From Klebsormidium nitens (taxonomy: Eukaryota; Plantae; Klebsormidiophyceae), in assembly GCA_000708835.1 (NCBI GenBank), contig DF237297.1, forward strand, positions 34,724 to 98,723: DNA of 64,000 bases. The letters run 5' to 3'. Below, piece by piece: positions 1 through 13,100 of this stretch. Below the pieces are notes generated by a model. The model was given only the letters and a program-made list of their open reading frames with translations. It was not told the origin of the DNA and ran no database searches. Made by a program: the position numbers and the translations under genes. The first letter of the stretch is position 1. Each line of letters starts with the position of its first letter.

Positions 1-363
1 CGGTCTATGGGTCCATGTTGTCTTTTCGTACTGACAGGACAGGCTATCTTACAGCTGCTGATGATTTGACGGTTGACCTGACGCTGCGGTTGCAGGAACG
101 GTTTGGGTCTGGAGAAAAGAGAACTCCTGAATTCAGAACGATAAGACACCTGGTCCTAAGCAAAGCAGGAGTTCCGATTGGGTCTGAAAGTATGAAGACG
201 AACTCGACGCATCCAATCCTGCACTCTGGGGGTAGTCGTTTCAGAAGACCGGTTGTAGCAGACGCGCGTCGCTCTGGGCCTGATGGTCGGCAGTGACTTC
301 AACAAAACTGCAAAGGAACCCTCTCTGAACCACCAACGGCTTGCATCCTTTCCTCTGGTCCAG

Positions 364-3300
364 CTGCCAAGTCGGCCAAGTGGGGCCTCTCCGAGGCGGA
401 GCTATTCATCTCCCGAGGTGCGGGCGAAGGCGAGATGGAGGCGATTGTGGGGCCCGCGACTGACGAAGGCGCTGAGAACGTCGTCCGAAGAAATCTGATC
501 ATTGGGGTTGCGCTCGCTGTCGTGGCGGGCGTGCTCGCTTTCGTGAGGCGCCTTCTTCTGATTCCTGTCTTAGCCGGTTGCGAGCTGACAGGCTCAATCT
601 CATCTTGATGGCAAATTGCATTCTTGAAACGTTTGTTGCTGATGAAAGGCTTCTTTCCAGTGTCTTTCCATCAGGAATTGCGAGTCGTGACTTATACTCG
701 ACGTGCCCTGCAGACGCTTGTCCGTCAGAGTGATTGACCCGTAAGTCTTCTGCACATCTCTTGCTTTCTCGGCAGCAGCGACCTAAATTTCCCCTCCTTG
801 GTGCTAGGTTCGTTTTCCCGGCGGCCGCCCCCAGCCCTCCAAGCCGCTCTTCTTCTACTTGGTGCCGCTGGTCCGGATACAGGGCCTCCTCCCACAGCTG
901 CAACTAGCCATCGAAGGTGAGGCCCTGTTCCGCTTGGGTCCGCCCCGCGGCCAGGCCGCCCGCATGAATCATTGATTTCCGCGTGCATGCTTTGTTGAAA
1001 GGACCACCAGAAGACAAGAATCTCACGTCTGAGCTCTGAAGAAGGCAGCCAACAGCCGTGCTGATGGCCGCAGGAAGAGCCAGCTACATTCCGGCACGGT
1101 CAACGGATCTGCATATTCATGCACGTTCTTCATGGCCGACTTGTCGCTTCGGAAGGATGCCGTTGCAGGCGTCACAAGAGTTTGGATTGTCGTGCCAATG
1201 CTTCATACGCTTTCAACGGGTTTGCCGATGCAAACGGTGCAGCCGCAAACGATTGCAAGGTTCCCTCTTCCAGCACTCGGGAAACGGGCCCTGGCGCTGT
1301 CTGTGACCACGTAAGCAGACAACGGTTTGGAGCATGTCTGAAGTCATGCTGACGTCACCTTGCTTGCGTCATGCAGAGGGCCGATTGGCGGACCTGCGGG
1401 AGCAGCTGAAGACAATCGTGGGGGAGCCCAACAACCTGAAAGATAACCTGCTCAAGTGAGCGCCGTTTTGCAATTTTGCGACAGCAGGGGTGGTTAAAAC
1501 CTGCAACTCTGATTTAGGACTCCATTTCAGCTTGAAGACGTGTGCTCTTGTAATTCTACAGATAGCCTATCCAATGGGGGTGACCCTGTTGACTTTGAGT
1601 CGAGAGAAAGCGATTGACGAATGCATGTGGTGCTTGAGTGCAGATGCGAGTGCAGGATCTGCTTCTATGAAAATCAGATTTTGTGGCCGGTAAAGGCGCC
1701 CCTTTCCGCTTAACGGCTCGAGAGGCCCTCGTTTTTCCGGTTTCAAGCCTCAAAGCCGGAAAGAGTTTGGGGAGGACCCGACAAACAACGAGCTTTTGTC
1801 CTGACCTTGGTTCCCACTTTGAGCGGATAGGCTTCTTTCTGTCCGTGGGTCCGTTCGATGTCGCTCTCTGGGCTTTTTCTGACACCTTTGCAATGATTTC
1901 AGTCTCTAGAGCAACACTGAGACGTTAAGGCGTGTACCGGCGTCAATACCAGGGGGGTCAAAATGTCGACCCACATGAGAACCTGCAGGACAGTCTATTG
2001 AAGCCTGCATATGCAAACCAGAAGCACAATCAAAGAGACAGGAGAAAAGCAGATGTAGGTCGTGGACACGAACCGGAAGGACGTCAAAAGAGACAGGAAA
2101 AGGTATCAGAAAGTAGAGAAGCGAAACGATAGAGCGTTTGTGTGTGCAGTGCGGCCAGCTGGTTGCCTACGGACGCCGAGCTGGACGCCGCCAATCAGGT
2201 GGCGTTTGACGTGCTCGAATACGTGGACCAGGTATGACTACGAGTCCCTTAGTTTGTTGCCCAATGTGAAATTTGAAGCCAAGTGTCTCGGAATTTCGAC
2301 AGAGCTTCCCAATGAGTAGCTTGGACTCTCACTTAAAGGTCTGGATGACGGCTCATTCTCGCGTACTCTTTCTTCGACGGTTCTCGTCCAGAGCTTCGAC
2401 TGTTCATTCAATACGACGTAGGACTATGCTGGATTTAAGGGCTTGTGGATTACATGCGTACAAGCTCGGCTTCCGACGGGATCGTCAAAATGAACGAAAT
2501 AGGTCCGAATATCTCTTATCTGGACTGAGTGTCGGATGCGCCAGATCTTTGATGGACTGTTTCGGACTTCTCGCGTGGTTGAAACGTGTCTGAAGGACGA
2601 AGACTCTCCCGTCGACGATTTTGAGGACGGCAGCCATTCAGAATGCCCGCGTTTACTCATCTGCGCATAACCTGTTATTCGACCATTCACGAGGCCATCG
2701 AGGGAATGAAGCTGCGCACTCGAAGGCAGTTCCTTCTTGCAAGAATCCAAAACGAGCCCTCCGCTCGGGTCGGTCCGCTTCCATCCGCATCAGACGTGTG
2801 GTTTCAGTCAAGGAACTGCGCTTATCGTCGTTGCGCTACTAGGTACCGAGTAGCGGCTCGAGTATTCTCTCGAACGGCTCGAGAAACTGTCCGGCGTTGT
2901 TTTGGAGCCATGCACTGGGAGATACTTTGCGCGCCAATTTGGGAGTGCGATCTCGTGTTAGGGTGGTGGCTTTCGATCAGGCTTCGCTTTTGAAGCTTGT
3001 TCTCCAGGTCTTCCTCTGACTGAGTTTCCTGTCTGTGCAGGCCGACTCCAAAAAGTACTTTGACAATTTTGGCGAGCCATCCGCTGCTCAGAGGTGAGCG
3101 ACGCCTCCCCCTCGAGTGTCAAAAAATCAGACGTAGAAGGCTTGCGAGATACATCCAAACAAGTCTTTTTGCAGCAAAGAAGATTAGAGACTATTCTTGG
3201 GCAACGCTGACTCTCAAACTTCGGAAACTTGGAAGTTGAGCTTGTTGGAGGTGTTCTGCGGGCACGATCATCGATATCGTGTCTTTCTAACCATAATAAT

Positions 3301-3776
3301 CGGCCTTCCTCACCGCAGATCCGAGTTTTCCAAGTTCAGCCTTCAGTCTATAAAGGTGAGAAAACTCTTGTATCTTGCTTGCCATGTGGGGAACAGCACT
3401 GGATGATTGCCTTTTTAATTTGAGGCTTTGTCTACTTCCTCAAGCAGGGTAGTCTCGGATTTGGATCGTTGATCATTTGCGGGGTGTATTACGGGCACAC
3501 GTTTTGGTTCTTAAGCTTCGCCATTGCGATGTTGTCTTCTGTTGGCGGCTCAGACGGGAGGAATTGCGCGACGCTGACTGCTCCAATCCGAGTATAATGA
3601 CCGCATGTGCACAGTCAGATTGCGAAGAAGTCGAGGGCTGTTTCAAATTGAATCTCTTGCAGGCCGCTTCTCGCAAGCTGGACGAGTTCTTCAAGCTGAT
3701 GCCCTCGGAAGACGTGGCCGCAGCAAAGGAACAAGTGCTCCGCACTAGTCTACCAGAGGAACAACTAACAATCTAG
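364..3776 (+). CDS. Multi-exon hypothetical protein with one TM helix followed by a helical domain, possibly thylakoid-associated; 5' end unresolved and may lie upstream of the window
   Basis: Phase-consistent GT-AG exons: ~364-542, 808-916, 1377-1455, 2150-2231, 3041-3093, 3319-3355, 3663-3776 (stop TAG). Translation: ...VVRRNLIIGVALAVVAGVLAF|VRFPGGRPQPSKPLFFYLVPLVRIQGLLPQLQLAIEE|GRLADLREQLKTIVGEPNNLKDNLLN|AASWLPTDAELDAANQVAFDVLEYVDQ|ADSKKYFDNFGEPSAAQR|SEFSKFSLQSIK|AASRKLDEFFKLMPSEDVAAAKEQVLRTSLPEEQLTI*. The exon structure is well supported; the function and the acceptor at 364 are guesses. Confidence 0.7.
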
Positions 3777-3899
3777 AAAATAAACCCGTGACCTCCCCTT
3801 TATTGTTCGATGTTCCTGGCTTGAGGGATGACAAAACGGGTTGGCAGCTAGACGCATCTGGTCCAATTGGAGTATCCAGCACGTCAGAGGGCCCGCCGC

Positions 3900-4420
3900 G
3901 TGTACACGGTCTTAGTAAGACATATCCAACGCCACTGAGAGTTGCGTGCATGATAGATCTGCAAGCTTCCATACAATACCACGTCTGTATATTCTACCAT
4001 GGCGTATACCGTCTGCACCGCAACCTCTTGAAATCCCATGCTAATTATAATTAGTGCAGTCTCAGTATGCAATGTGTGTCATTGTGGTAACTTTAGTACA
4101 TGTACACGGGCCGCAGCCGCGGCCGCGTTTATCTATAATGATACAACAGCGAGCTCGCGGCGCCATGTGTGCCAGTGGCTTCCGAGCCTTGGAAGAAGCA
4201 TATAATATATAGTAATATAAGAAGCCTTTCTTATGCCTACTCTCGGAGAGTGGACGGTATAGCTGCATCATTGGCCCACATTCGCACATGCCCAGTAGCT
4301 TTATATACGTGCTAACTACTCAAATACATGTATAGCCGGGATATGGATTCGAGAATCATCAATGACTGATTGGCGCGGCCGGGCTGCAGTTTAATGTTGT
4401 TCAGCTCTGCCCGGAGCAAA
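3900..4420. other. Palindrome-rich convergent-junction spacer A
   Basis: Dense self-complementary words (AGATCT, GTATAC, TAATTATAATTA, GTACATGTAC, CCGCGGCCGCG, GAGCTC, TACATGTA) between the 3' ends of the first gene and TEN1. Boundaries approximate. Confidence 0.65.
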
Positions 4421-4663
4421 CTATGGTTTTTGCTGTGTGTCTGTTGTTGCCGTGTGTCTACCTGGCGTTTCTGGCAACATTCAGGGGCTTTAAATTCATG
4501 CTTCTTTGCTGTACAAGCTTTGAGCAGCCCGTAGCAAGTATTAGCTTATCATATAGTATCAACATTTCAAAAACATGGGAACTTGTACAAGCGTACAGCA
4601 GCATATAGTTGCCAGAGGGTGCTGGCCTCCAGTCAATCAAGCTCAAGTTATTATAGTACAACA

Positions 4664-5565
4664 TCAACCTACGGGCATAGATTCCATGAAAGTTCTCCGG
4701 AGCTTCAAAGCTTGGTCATAGAGAGCTTGGTCCAATCCATCAACGTTCCTGACAACTCTTGCTGCCAGAAAAACCTGCAATCAGATTGGCAGCACAAATT
4801 TGTAACTGCTTGCGAAGGACAAATTACCTGCTAAGGTAGAGTAGGATCAGCTTCAATAGCTTCTGAGGTTTGAGTCCAGTATCTATCCTGTGTGTGGTTA
4901 AGAGGCACATGTGGATGGTACCAATTTGTCAATGCAAGGGGAACTCTGGGAAAAGCTTGCATGCTCACCGCTTGTGCATTAGACTCAGTTCGGTGGTCAG
5001 CACGATGAAGTTCTCCGATGACTTGGTATAGGGACCCTTCCTTCAATACCTCGTGAGAGATTGTGGATAGGTCAAGGAGCAATTGCTGGCCGCCGTTGGC
5101 CAGTTCAGCCGCATTGGACGCGAAGTCTATATTGTGCAGCCTGCAATGAAAATCCATGTAATTCACAAACCAAAAGTGAGCTGTATTGCTGTGCCACACC
5201 GAATAATGCCAGGCAGTTGCTGGTCCCCTCAATGTAATAAGAAGTACTGCTCCAGAAGCAATCTCTTGGACTTTTTTTTCAATCTCGTGATTTCTTTCAA
5301 TCTCGTGATTACTTTTTTCAATAGAAAGATTCTAAAAGATTCGCGAGAAGTTATATGAGCACAACAAGAGTAGCGCCAATCTGCACAAGCAGTGCACTCT
5401 CGGCTCAACGCAGGTGAAGGAGCACACCCGTGCAGGTACTGTAGCTTTGCTAGCTTTGGCAGTGTGGCAGCCTTACCTCCCCATCAGACGGATTGTTGAC
5501 CCTGTCGCAACATTGACAACCTCGTCTAGAGTGATAATCTGCCCCGACCGGAGTACGGAAGCCAT
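4664..5565 (-). CDS. TEN1: CST complex subunit TEN1 (telomere-capping OB fold), 123 aa
   Basis: Exons 5565-5477, 5140-4969, 4774-4664; phases consistent. MASVLRSGQIITLDEV...GSTIRLMGR|LHNIDF...LLLDLSTISHEVLKEGSLYQVIGEL...|VFLAARVVRNVDGLDQALYDQALKLRRTF matches plant TEN1 hallmarks (GSxYQxIGEL; ARxxRNVDGxDxxLY). Confidence 0.9.
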
Positions 5566-5911
5566 GCTCAACGGGTGGTGCAAGAGATGGGCGACACCAT
5601 CAATGTCCCTGATCAAAGTTTGCCAATCTTTGCAGTGCTGCCAACCAATGCATCAAGGGATTGCCAATGCTGGCAAGCGGAATTGGGATGAGCAAGACTT
5701 GCTGAGCTTGGAAAAGCCTGTGTTTTTGTTGGGAAATCCTGATGAACAGGCGTCGATTGGCCTTAAATGTCAATAACCAAGTTTGCCAGGGAGCAATGGT
5801 CTGGAGCCCCTTTCCAGACAATGTCAGCCTTCGAGTCAAACTTCTTGACACCCTCAAGCTCAAGAGTTCGCCGCCAGCTGCCACAGCGCCACAGCGCAAC
5901 AACAAAAAGAA

Positions 5912-5955
5912 GAAGACCTGATCCGAATCGTGAAGACCTGATCCGAATCGTGAAG
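5912..5955 (+). repeat. Perfect 20-bp tandem duplication abutting the MITE
   Basis: GAAGACCTGATCCGAATCGT at 5912-5931 and 5932-5951, then GAAG, immediately followed by the TTA target site. Confidence 0.9.
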
Positions 5956-6474
5956 TTAGGGAAGGGACACTTTGAAGCTGTACCCCCCGTATTAACTATG
6001 GAGCCCTTTCAGCCAGAGGACCTAAGTCCCCCCCCCTTCCTGACGGGCCGCGCTGGCGCGGGCCCCAAGCCTCCCCCCCTTGCCCGCTCAGCTTTTGAGG
6101 GTCTCCGGTCCCCGCCCCATGCAAAGGCTCAGTTTTTTTTTTCCAAATTTTAGAAAATCGATCATAGGGGAGTGCATTTGCAGAATTCTTAGGCTGTGTT
6201 GAGGCTGACTTCGATCTAGGTGCAACGTGAAGGGCAGTTTTTTGACCAATCACATGTATATTTGGAGGAAAAATCCATAAACCACACTAAACACCCCTTG
6301 AACCGGCCCCCAGATCTCAGAGTCAACTTGGTCCCCCCCCCATGTGACATTGGCCTTCCTTCAGTGGCAGTAGGTCCCCCCCCCATCTGCCCCCCAGAAG
6401 CGGCTCTCGGTCCTCGGTACCCCCCCATTAACAGTTAATTCGGGGGGTACAGCTTCAAAGTGTCCCTTCCCTTA
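5956..6474. mobile_element. Tourist-like (PIF/Harbinger-type) MITE, 513 bp (5959-6471) plus TTA TSD
   Basis: 39-bp TIRs: GGGAAGGGACACTTTGAAGCTGTACCCCCCGTATTAACT (5959-5997) and its reverse complement at 6433-6471 with 1 mismatch. TTA at both 5956-5958 and 6472-6474. No transposase ORF. TTA/TAA TSD with GGG ends is the PIF/Harbinger signature. Confidence 0.88.
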
Positions 6475-7112
6475 CATTGGACAAATTGTGAAAATTGTGA
6501 ATGTGCAATGATAGCGAGGTACGTTGCCGCGCGCGCGAGGCCGGCCGCGTGACCTCGCAGTTTCTCGCAGAAATTAACGACTCGAAGGTTTTACAAGGTT
6601 TATGCGGCTGACCGACCCGGTCGGGCCGCACGCGCCAAGCTGCCGCCCTGCTGAGTTCAAATTTTCAAGGAGGCCGACACAGACTGGATTCGACGGGGCG
6701 CTTCGATGTTCAAATATTTTGGAGCGCTAGGAAGGGTGTGTATTGACTTCAGAATTTTGGGCAGCCTAGAAAGTCCAAAGTGACCCCATTAGAAAGTTCC
6801 GGAAGCAAGGAAAATGTACGTTGTGTAAGACCAAGTCTCTCGAACCTAAGCTTGCAAGCAGCAAGAATTGCTGCCATGGCGGGCCTAGCTGGTCTTCCCA
6901 GGCCAGCTGCCCAGTGCCAAGCCACCACAAAACGTACCTTTCCAAGGAAAGCCTAGGTATTTCCTAAAAGTTCGTTTCTTGGCATCAGGCCCTAGTAGGG
7001 ATTGGTCAGCGATCTGGCGTGGCTGAGCTGGCTTGTCCGTCCTTTGCACCGTCCAGTGAGATAAAAGATGCGATAGGCCGCATGTTGGTGTTTACCAGGG
7101 TCTAGAGACACC

Positions 7113-10100
7113 ATGAGTGAGGAGCCGCAGTTGGTGGTGGGTGGAGAGGCGAGCGCTGAGAGGCAGCAGCCTGATGGTGGTGGCAATGAAGATCCATTGG
7201 ATGCTGAGAGGGCAGCTATGGAGCTGTTGGAACCACTTGAGAGGGTGCTGATGGCAAGCCTTCTAGACATGGGGTGGAAGGTATGGCACGCCTCAGCTAG
7301 TTGGGAGTTGGGACATTCATGAGTTTTTTAGGGTTTGAATTATGGTGGGAATTGGTTGCCCTCGATTGGGTCATTGGCTTTATGTGATTATGCCCTGATC
7401 AACGCCTTTAGTTTGACTCCATCGCAAGTTGTGTTTACTGGATGTCTTGGTTTATTTGCAGATTGGGCTGAAGCCAGGGAAGAATGGTTCAAGCAAGCCG
7501 ACTAGTCCAAAGCTCAGCTTCATAAGCCCAACAAACCAGGTCAGTGCACAACCAGTTCTCCAAGCTTTTTGATCAGTCAGCCGCCACTGCTTTTTGAGGA
7601 AGGTAGCTCAAGAATCAATCAAGACCCCGTACTCAGAATCAAGAGCATCTTATGAAACTTTTGGATTGCTGCACCAGGGCGCCCTCACCCACCATCTTAT
7701 ATCTTGTTATCCTCACTTGCGTAATTGTTCTTATTCAGGTCTTCGATGCCTGGGATGAGGTTACCCAATTTTTTGGGCAGACCAGCGAACAAGAGGGCTG
7801 GTTCGCCGGTGGGTCAAACTTGGCAGTGGGCAGGAACAAGGAGGACTCGGCACTGCCGGGCACAGAAGTGGGCGGCGCAAGCAGAAGCGAGCCTTCAGAA
7901 TTAGGGTTTTTGGAACAAGGGGCCGAGGCAGCAGGGGGCATTGAGCAGGCTGAGAAGCAGCAGAGGCCTTTGAACGGTGTCATCCATTCGCTAGAGCCTG
8001 GTGCAGCGGGTCCTTCCCAGGGTCCTCTCCAAACGTCCCTCAGTCAGGAGCCTGATCTGCTTTCCACTTTAGAGGAGGCTGGCACTGTTCACGCCGAGGA
8101 GCTTGCTCTCGCTGCTGAGATTATGAAAGAGCTGGAGGAGAGGAAAGAGCGGTTGCTGCTGTCGGCGCCAGAACCGAGCCCCCTCCCTGTAGCAGCTGCC
8201 AGGCGCTCCCCTCTCCCCCCCCCAATGGCATCAGCCTCTCTAGAGGGGCATCCTTTGGTTTTCCAAGGCTTCCAGCCTGCAGCCGTAGGCGCTCGAGGTT
8301 TTCCGATTGCTGCGCCGGCAAAGGCATTTGGGGGCCAGAACTTCAATGTTGCGGCAGGCAGGCCAGAATCTAACCACAGTGGCTCCACTCTAGAGGGGAA
8401 CAGCAAGGGGGGTTTCGTGTATGAGAGAAAGGACGGGGTCAAGGTGAGCCTCACTGATCCTCCGTCATTGGCTGCCTACATACATCTACCGCACGCTCTG
8501 CTTAAAAAGTGGTGGAAACGTTGGCGCTAGTATGGCCGATCCGTTTCAAAGCGCTTGGTTGTGACTGCTAAACGGGCTGTCATGCACAGTACACGTTTCT
8601 GGAGGTGCTCAAGCACCACCGCACTGTGAAATCCGGTCGTTCTACAAGTGTGACATCGTTGATCATGTGTCGATCACACCCTCCTCTCGCACTGCCGCGA
8701 AGGCTGCTGTGTTCATTGCATTTGCCCCATGTTGACGCTCGAGTTCATTATGATTCCTTCAGGTCAATTGGGGGCCTGACATCCCTTCCCTCCCTTGCAG
8801 GTATACCACAAAGAGGCCTGCAAGTGCCGCGGTTGCACTGCCAAGCGGAAAAGCGGCGAGGTCCCCGGCCCTCCGAGCTTGAGCCCGGAGGCGCTACCTG
8901 GGCCTCTTGCTCTTGTTGAGAGGCCCAACTTTTTGCAAAGTGCAGTCCTGCCGGCACTACCATGGGAGCTCACCGGAGACAGGTGGGGGGGAGGGGAGAC
9001 GACTCCAGTTCTTGACGAGGCGGCAGCGGCTGTGGCTGCTGCGGTGCGGAGCCTAGAGTTGCAAGGGGTGGAGGTTTCGCCCCAGAATCTGAACGGGCTA
9101 GAGATTATCCCAGGCTTGGCTACTCAGCGGTTTGACCGGGGTGACGAGTACCTCACAGCCGATGAGTCGCCGCAGGGATCGGTGAGCCTCGAGGGGGGTT
9201 TGGGGGGCTTGGCCGGTCAAGAGGATGACACGGCGTTCTGGCAGACACGAGGAGGTGAGGAGGAGGCAGGGGATGACGATGGGGCAGAGGGTTCTGACGT
9301 CGAGGACCTCGACGTGTTTCTCCCACGGATCATGGAACAGACGGGGTTCACACCATTGTTGGCGGGGCAAGACGCATTTATGGGCTTTGGCCCCGAGGCA
9401 TATGCCGCCATGCAGGCGGCTGTGCCTGTGGCTGCAGAAGACCAGTCGGCGCTTGTCCTCTATGAGCCCCTCCGCTCCGAGTTGGACCACCTGTCAGCCG
9501 AACAGCAAGAGGCTCTCGACTTGGGCACGACACGCAAGCGCAACGCATACCTGTGCAAGCGGTGCGGCCAAATAAAAAAGGGGCACAAGTGTAACCCCGC
9601 TGCAGCCCGCACCTCCTCGCGGCGCTCCTTAAGCGGTCCCCCCAGCCCCGACGCGACCCCAGAGGCCCCGCTCCCCCCACCAGAACCCGTTGCCCGGCCC
9701 CCAGTCGAACCCCCTAAGCCTCCTCCGGCCAGCCCCTCGCTCCAACCGTACAGCTTCTCCAGTCTTTCTAAACCACCCCCGCCGCTTCTTGACGACCTCC
9801 AGTCTTTCTTTTCCTCCCCCCGCGAGGAGCCCCCCCGGGCCGCGGTTCCGAGCGCTTCGGAGCGGCCGACGGTGCTCCAGTATGCCGGATACCGGCCGTC
9901 TAAAGCGGCGTCGGCAGCGGCGATCGTAGCGGTGGGGGGGCAGGGCTGTCCGAAAGTGGTGCTTCCCAAGTTCAAGGACCCCCCCACCAATGCGCGGCTG
10001 CTGTTGGCGACGGGGCTGCTGGAGGGGCAGCATGTGTCGTACATCATGCAGAGCGGGAAGGTACGTGGTGGTTTTAGGGTGCTTCTGTGCCCGGATCTCT

Positions 10101-13100
10101 AGCGCATCGTACCGTATGTCATGTTCTCGTTTGGTAGGCTGCTGTACGCCGTACGGCATCTTTCAGATGGTGACAACATGTGCCCACAAGCGAGATTCTG
10201 GACTAAGTTCCACATTGGGTTAACCTCACACTCCCTTTCGCAATCCGTACCCATTGGCTTGTCCATCAGAATCAAGCGGGGTGGATCGGCGAAAACCTCG
10301 CTGCTTGTGTACACTTTAAAGCATGACGATGGGACGGTGCTTGCTGTTTGTTAAGCGGTATCATCTGGGCCTGCCATGCAAGACCAAGGGTGATTCAGTC
10401 CGGTCCCCTTGGGCCCAAAACGCTTTGACAGAGGTGCTGACTTCTGCTATTTGTGGTGCAGTTGCTGCTGACGGGCTGGGTTAAGGGCGGGGGAGTCATT
10501 TGCGACTGCGAAAAGTGCAAGGGCAACTCGGTAAGTTGTTACCAATCGCCTCTTTACATAAGCCTGTTCTGCCCATATCTTTGCGTTCCGCTCCTCCTCG
10601 TTTCTGCCGCAACTCCCGAGGCCGTATGGATCGCACAGCTCTTGAGAAACATGGGGTCTTATTCCCCGTGACAAAATCTCCTCGAATATGTGAGGACGAG
10701 TTTCCTGCAAGCTTCTCGAGTCTCACCGTTAGGGCAGCCGCTCACTCCCTTTTCCGTTTGCCGCAGTTGGTCAGCCTGTCCGAGTTTGAGAAGCACGCGG
10801 GCAGCGTTGCGCGCCACCCGAGCGACTACATCTTTCTCGACGACGGCCGCAACCTGCGCCAGCTGGTGGAAGACGCTCAGGCGCTGGCGGCAGGGCGCAT
10901 CGTCATGTCCAACGAGATTGTGACCCGGGAGGAGGTGCCAGCTGGCGCGCTGGGACTAGACGCGGTCGCGGAGGGCGCGTGCAGCGCCTGCGGGGAGGAG
11001 GGCAACGTGCTGCGGTGTTCGTCGTGTAGTAGAGAATACCATGCAGGTGCGAGAATTTTTACCTACCTTCTGGAGGTATCTGAGGTGGATAATCTTGCAC
11101 ATGAGACTTCACAAGCACACATGATAACAAATATTTTGAATCTTCCGGGCCAACTCTGCGAGAAAAGGGACTAACTTCAATTACAGTCAACCCCCAGTTT
11201 CTGATCACTCAAGCAGGAACGACTAACGGGTCCCTCCTTGCTTCTTTCGAGCCTTGCTCTCTCAACAAAGATGCCTCTCGCCCGTTGAGGGAGCACTTAG
11301 TAACTCGTCAAGACAGACCGCTGTGTCACAAAGGGCATAGCCTGCCATCGCAACTCTCGAAACCAAGTCCTTCCTAACCCAGCCTCTGACGCCTACGTTC
11401 TCTGTTCGTGCAGAGTGCGTGGGGCTGGAGCGCCCCCCGTCTGCTTCCGCGCAGTGGACCTGTCCACGCTGCCAGGGGGGGGCCGGGCACGGCATCTACC
11501 GCGGCCCCCCCATTGCGCGGCTGGTCCACCAGTCTCCGGCGACCATCCGGCGAAGGACCCCCTCCAACGTATTCAGCCTGCTGTTCACTGACAATGGGCT
11601 GCCTGACGGGGAGGCGGTGTCGTACCGGATCAGGGGGGAGGTGAGCAAATTGGCGATGCTTCTTGAGTTCGTATGCACGTTGGAGGCTTGCGCCTTTTCT
11701 TGTATCAATGATTTTGTTTCGGGTGTTTATTCTGTAACAGGGACGTTTCCTCACCTTGCGAGAGGGCTTGCGAGATTCGGCAGAGCCCTAGATTGGGCTC
11801 CGCCATATGAGTCCAACTTAGAACGGGTGTCCTGCGTTCCCATCTTTCAGGCTGGAGTGCCCTGCTTTGGCGCATCCCAACCGTCTTCACTCTGTTCTGT
11901 CACACTGACTCCGTATTTCTGAATGCAGACGATCCTGGCGGGCAAGAAGGCGCGCGGCGGCATCGTGTGCGGGTGCTGCAGCTCCATCGTAAGCCCGTCC
12001 ACGTTCGAGCAGCACGCCGGGAAGGGCGCCCGCCGTAATCCATACACGTCCATCTTCGTCGACTCTGCCGACATCCATCTAAAGGATTATGCGCAGCGGG
12101 TCGAGGCGCAGGGGGGCCCCTCGCGGGGCGAGGCGGAAGCGGAGGAGTGCGCCGAGTGCGGGGACGGCGGGAACCTGATCCTGTGCGACGGGTGTCCCAA
12201 AGGGTACCACCCCGAGTGCGTCAGGTCAGTGGCCAGATGAGCGCGGCTCAAACGTCGGATATGTGCTTTTGCACGGCTGTGATTCTGATTAGACTTTTGA
12301 GCAGATCCATCTGAGTTCCGCCTTTCCATTCGAGATTTCTGGAAGAGAGCAGGATCTGGGATTCTCGCTCCTCTACGGCCACGGACCTTGACTGTAAGAG
12401 TAATTTCGGGGGGGCAATTGTGTCTTTCGACAAGGCAGAAGGTCTGGGCGACATCATACTCGCGCAACCATTCCATTCTCCTTTTCGTAGTCTTACCCTC
12501 TTCCCTTGCGTTCCAAAGAAAGTAACTCGGAATGTTTCACAGGGTCATAGTTGAACGGCCGCGTTTTTTCTGGCAGGCTGAGCAGCGTCTCCTGACAAAC
12601 ATCCCGTGCTCCTTTTCGGAATCTCACCCTTTTAGCCACGTACAAAGAGCTCATTCGAAGTCGTTCCTACGAAGCCAGGATTTTGACTCCCCGGGCTTTT
12701 TCCCGCAGGCTGAGCGCCGTCCCGAAGGGCGACTGGTTCTGCGGCAGCTGCGACAAGCCACGCATTGCGGCCGCCAAGGCCAAGGCGGCGGCACACCCCG
12801 CGGGGGGCAGCAACGCGAGCGGCGCGAGCGACATGGTGGCGCGGTGCGCGCGGCTGCTGACGGAGGTGGACACGACGACGGGGGGGTGCATCCTGTGCCG
12901 CATGCAGGACTTCAGCAAGACGTTCGGGGACAGGACCATCATCCTCTGCGACCAGGTACAGGGGCTTCGGACTGTGCTGCTTAGGTTGCTCTTCAAATGG
13001 TTCATCTTTGAATGGTTCAGTTACCCAAGAAGGTAGTCCAGATTTTATCATCCTCTGCGACCATGTGCGGTTGTGTGTTCTGTTCTGCTCAGGTCGCTGT

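Noticed and set aside
7652-7738. Signal-peptide-like hydrophobic N-terminus of track ORF 7652-8530
   Set aside because: It lies in intron 2 of the IDM1-like gene; the real exon starts at the CAG acceptor at 7739.
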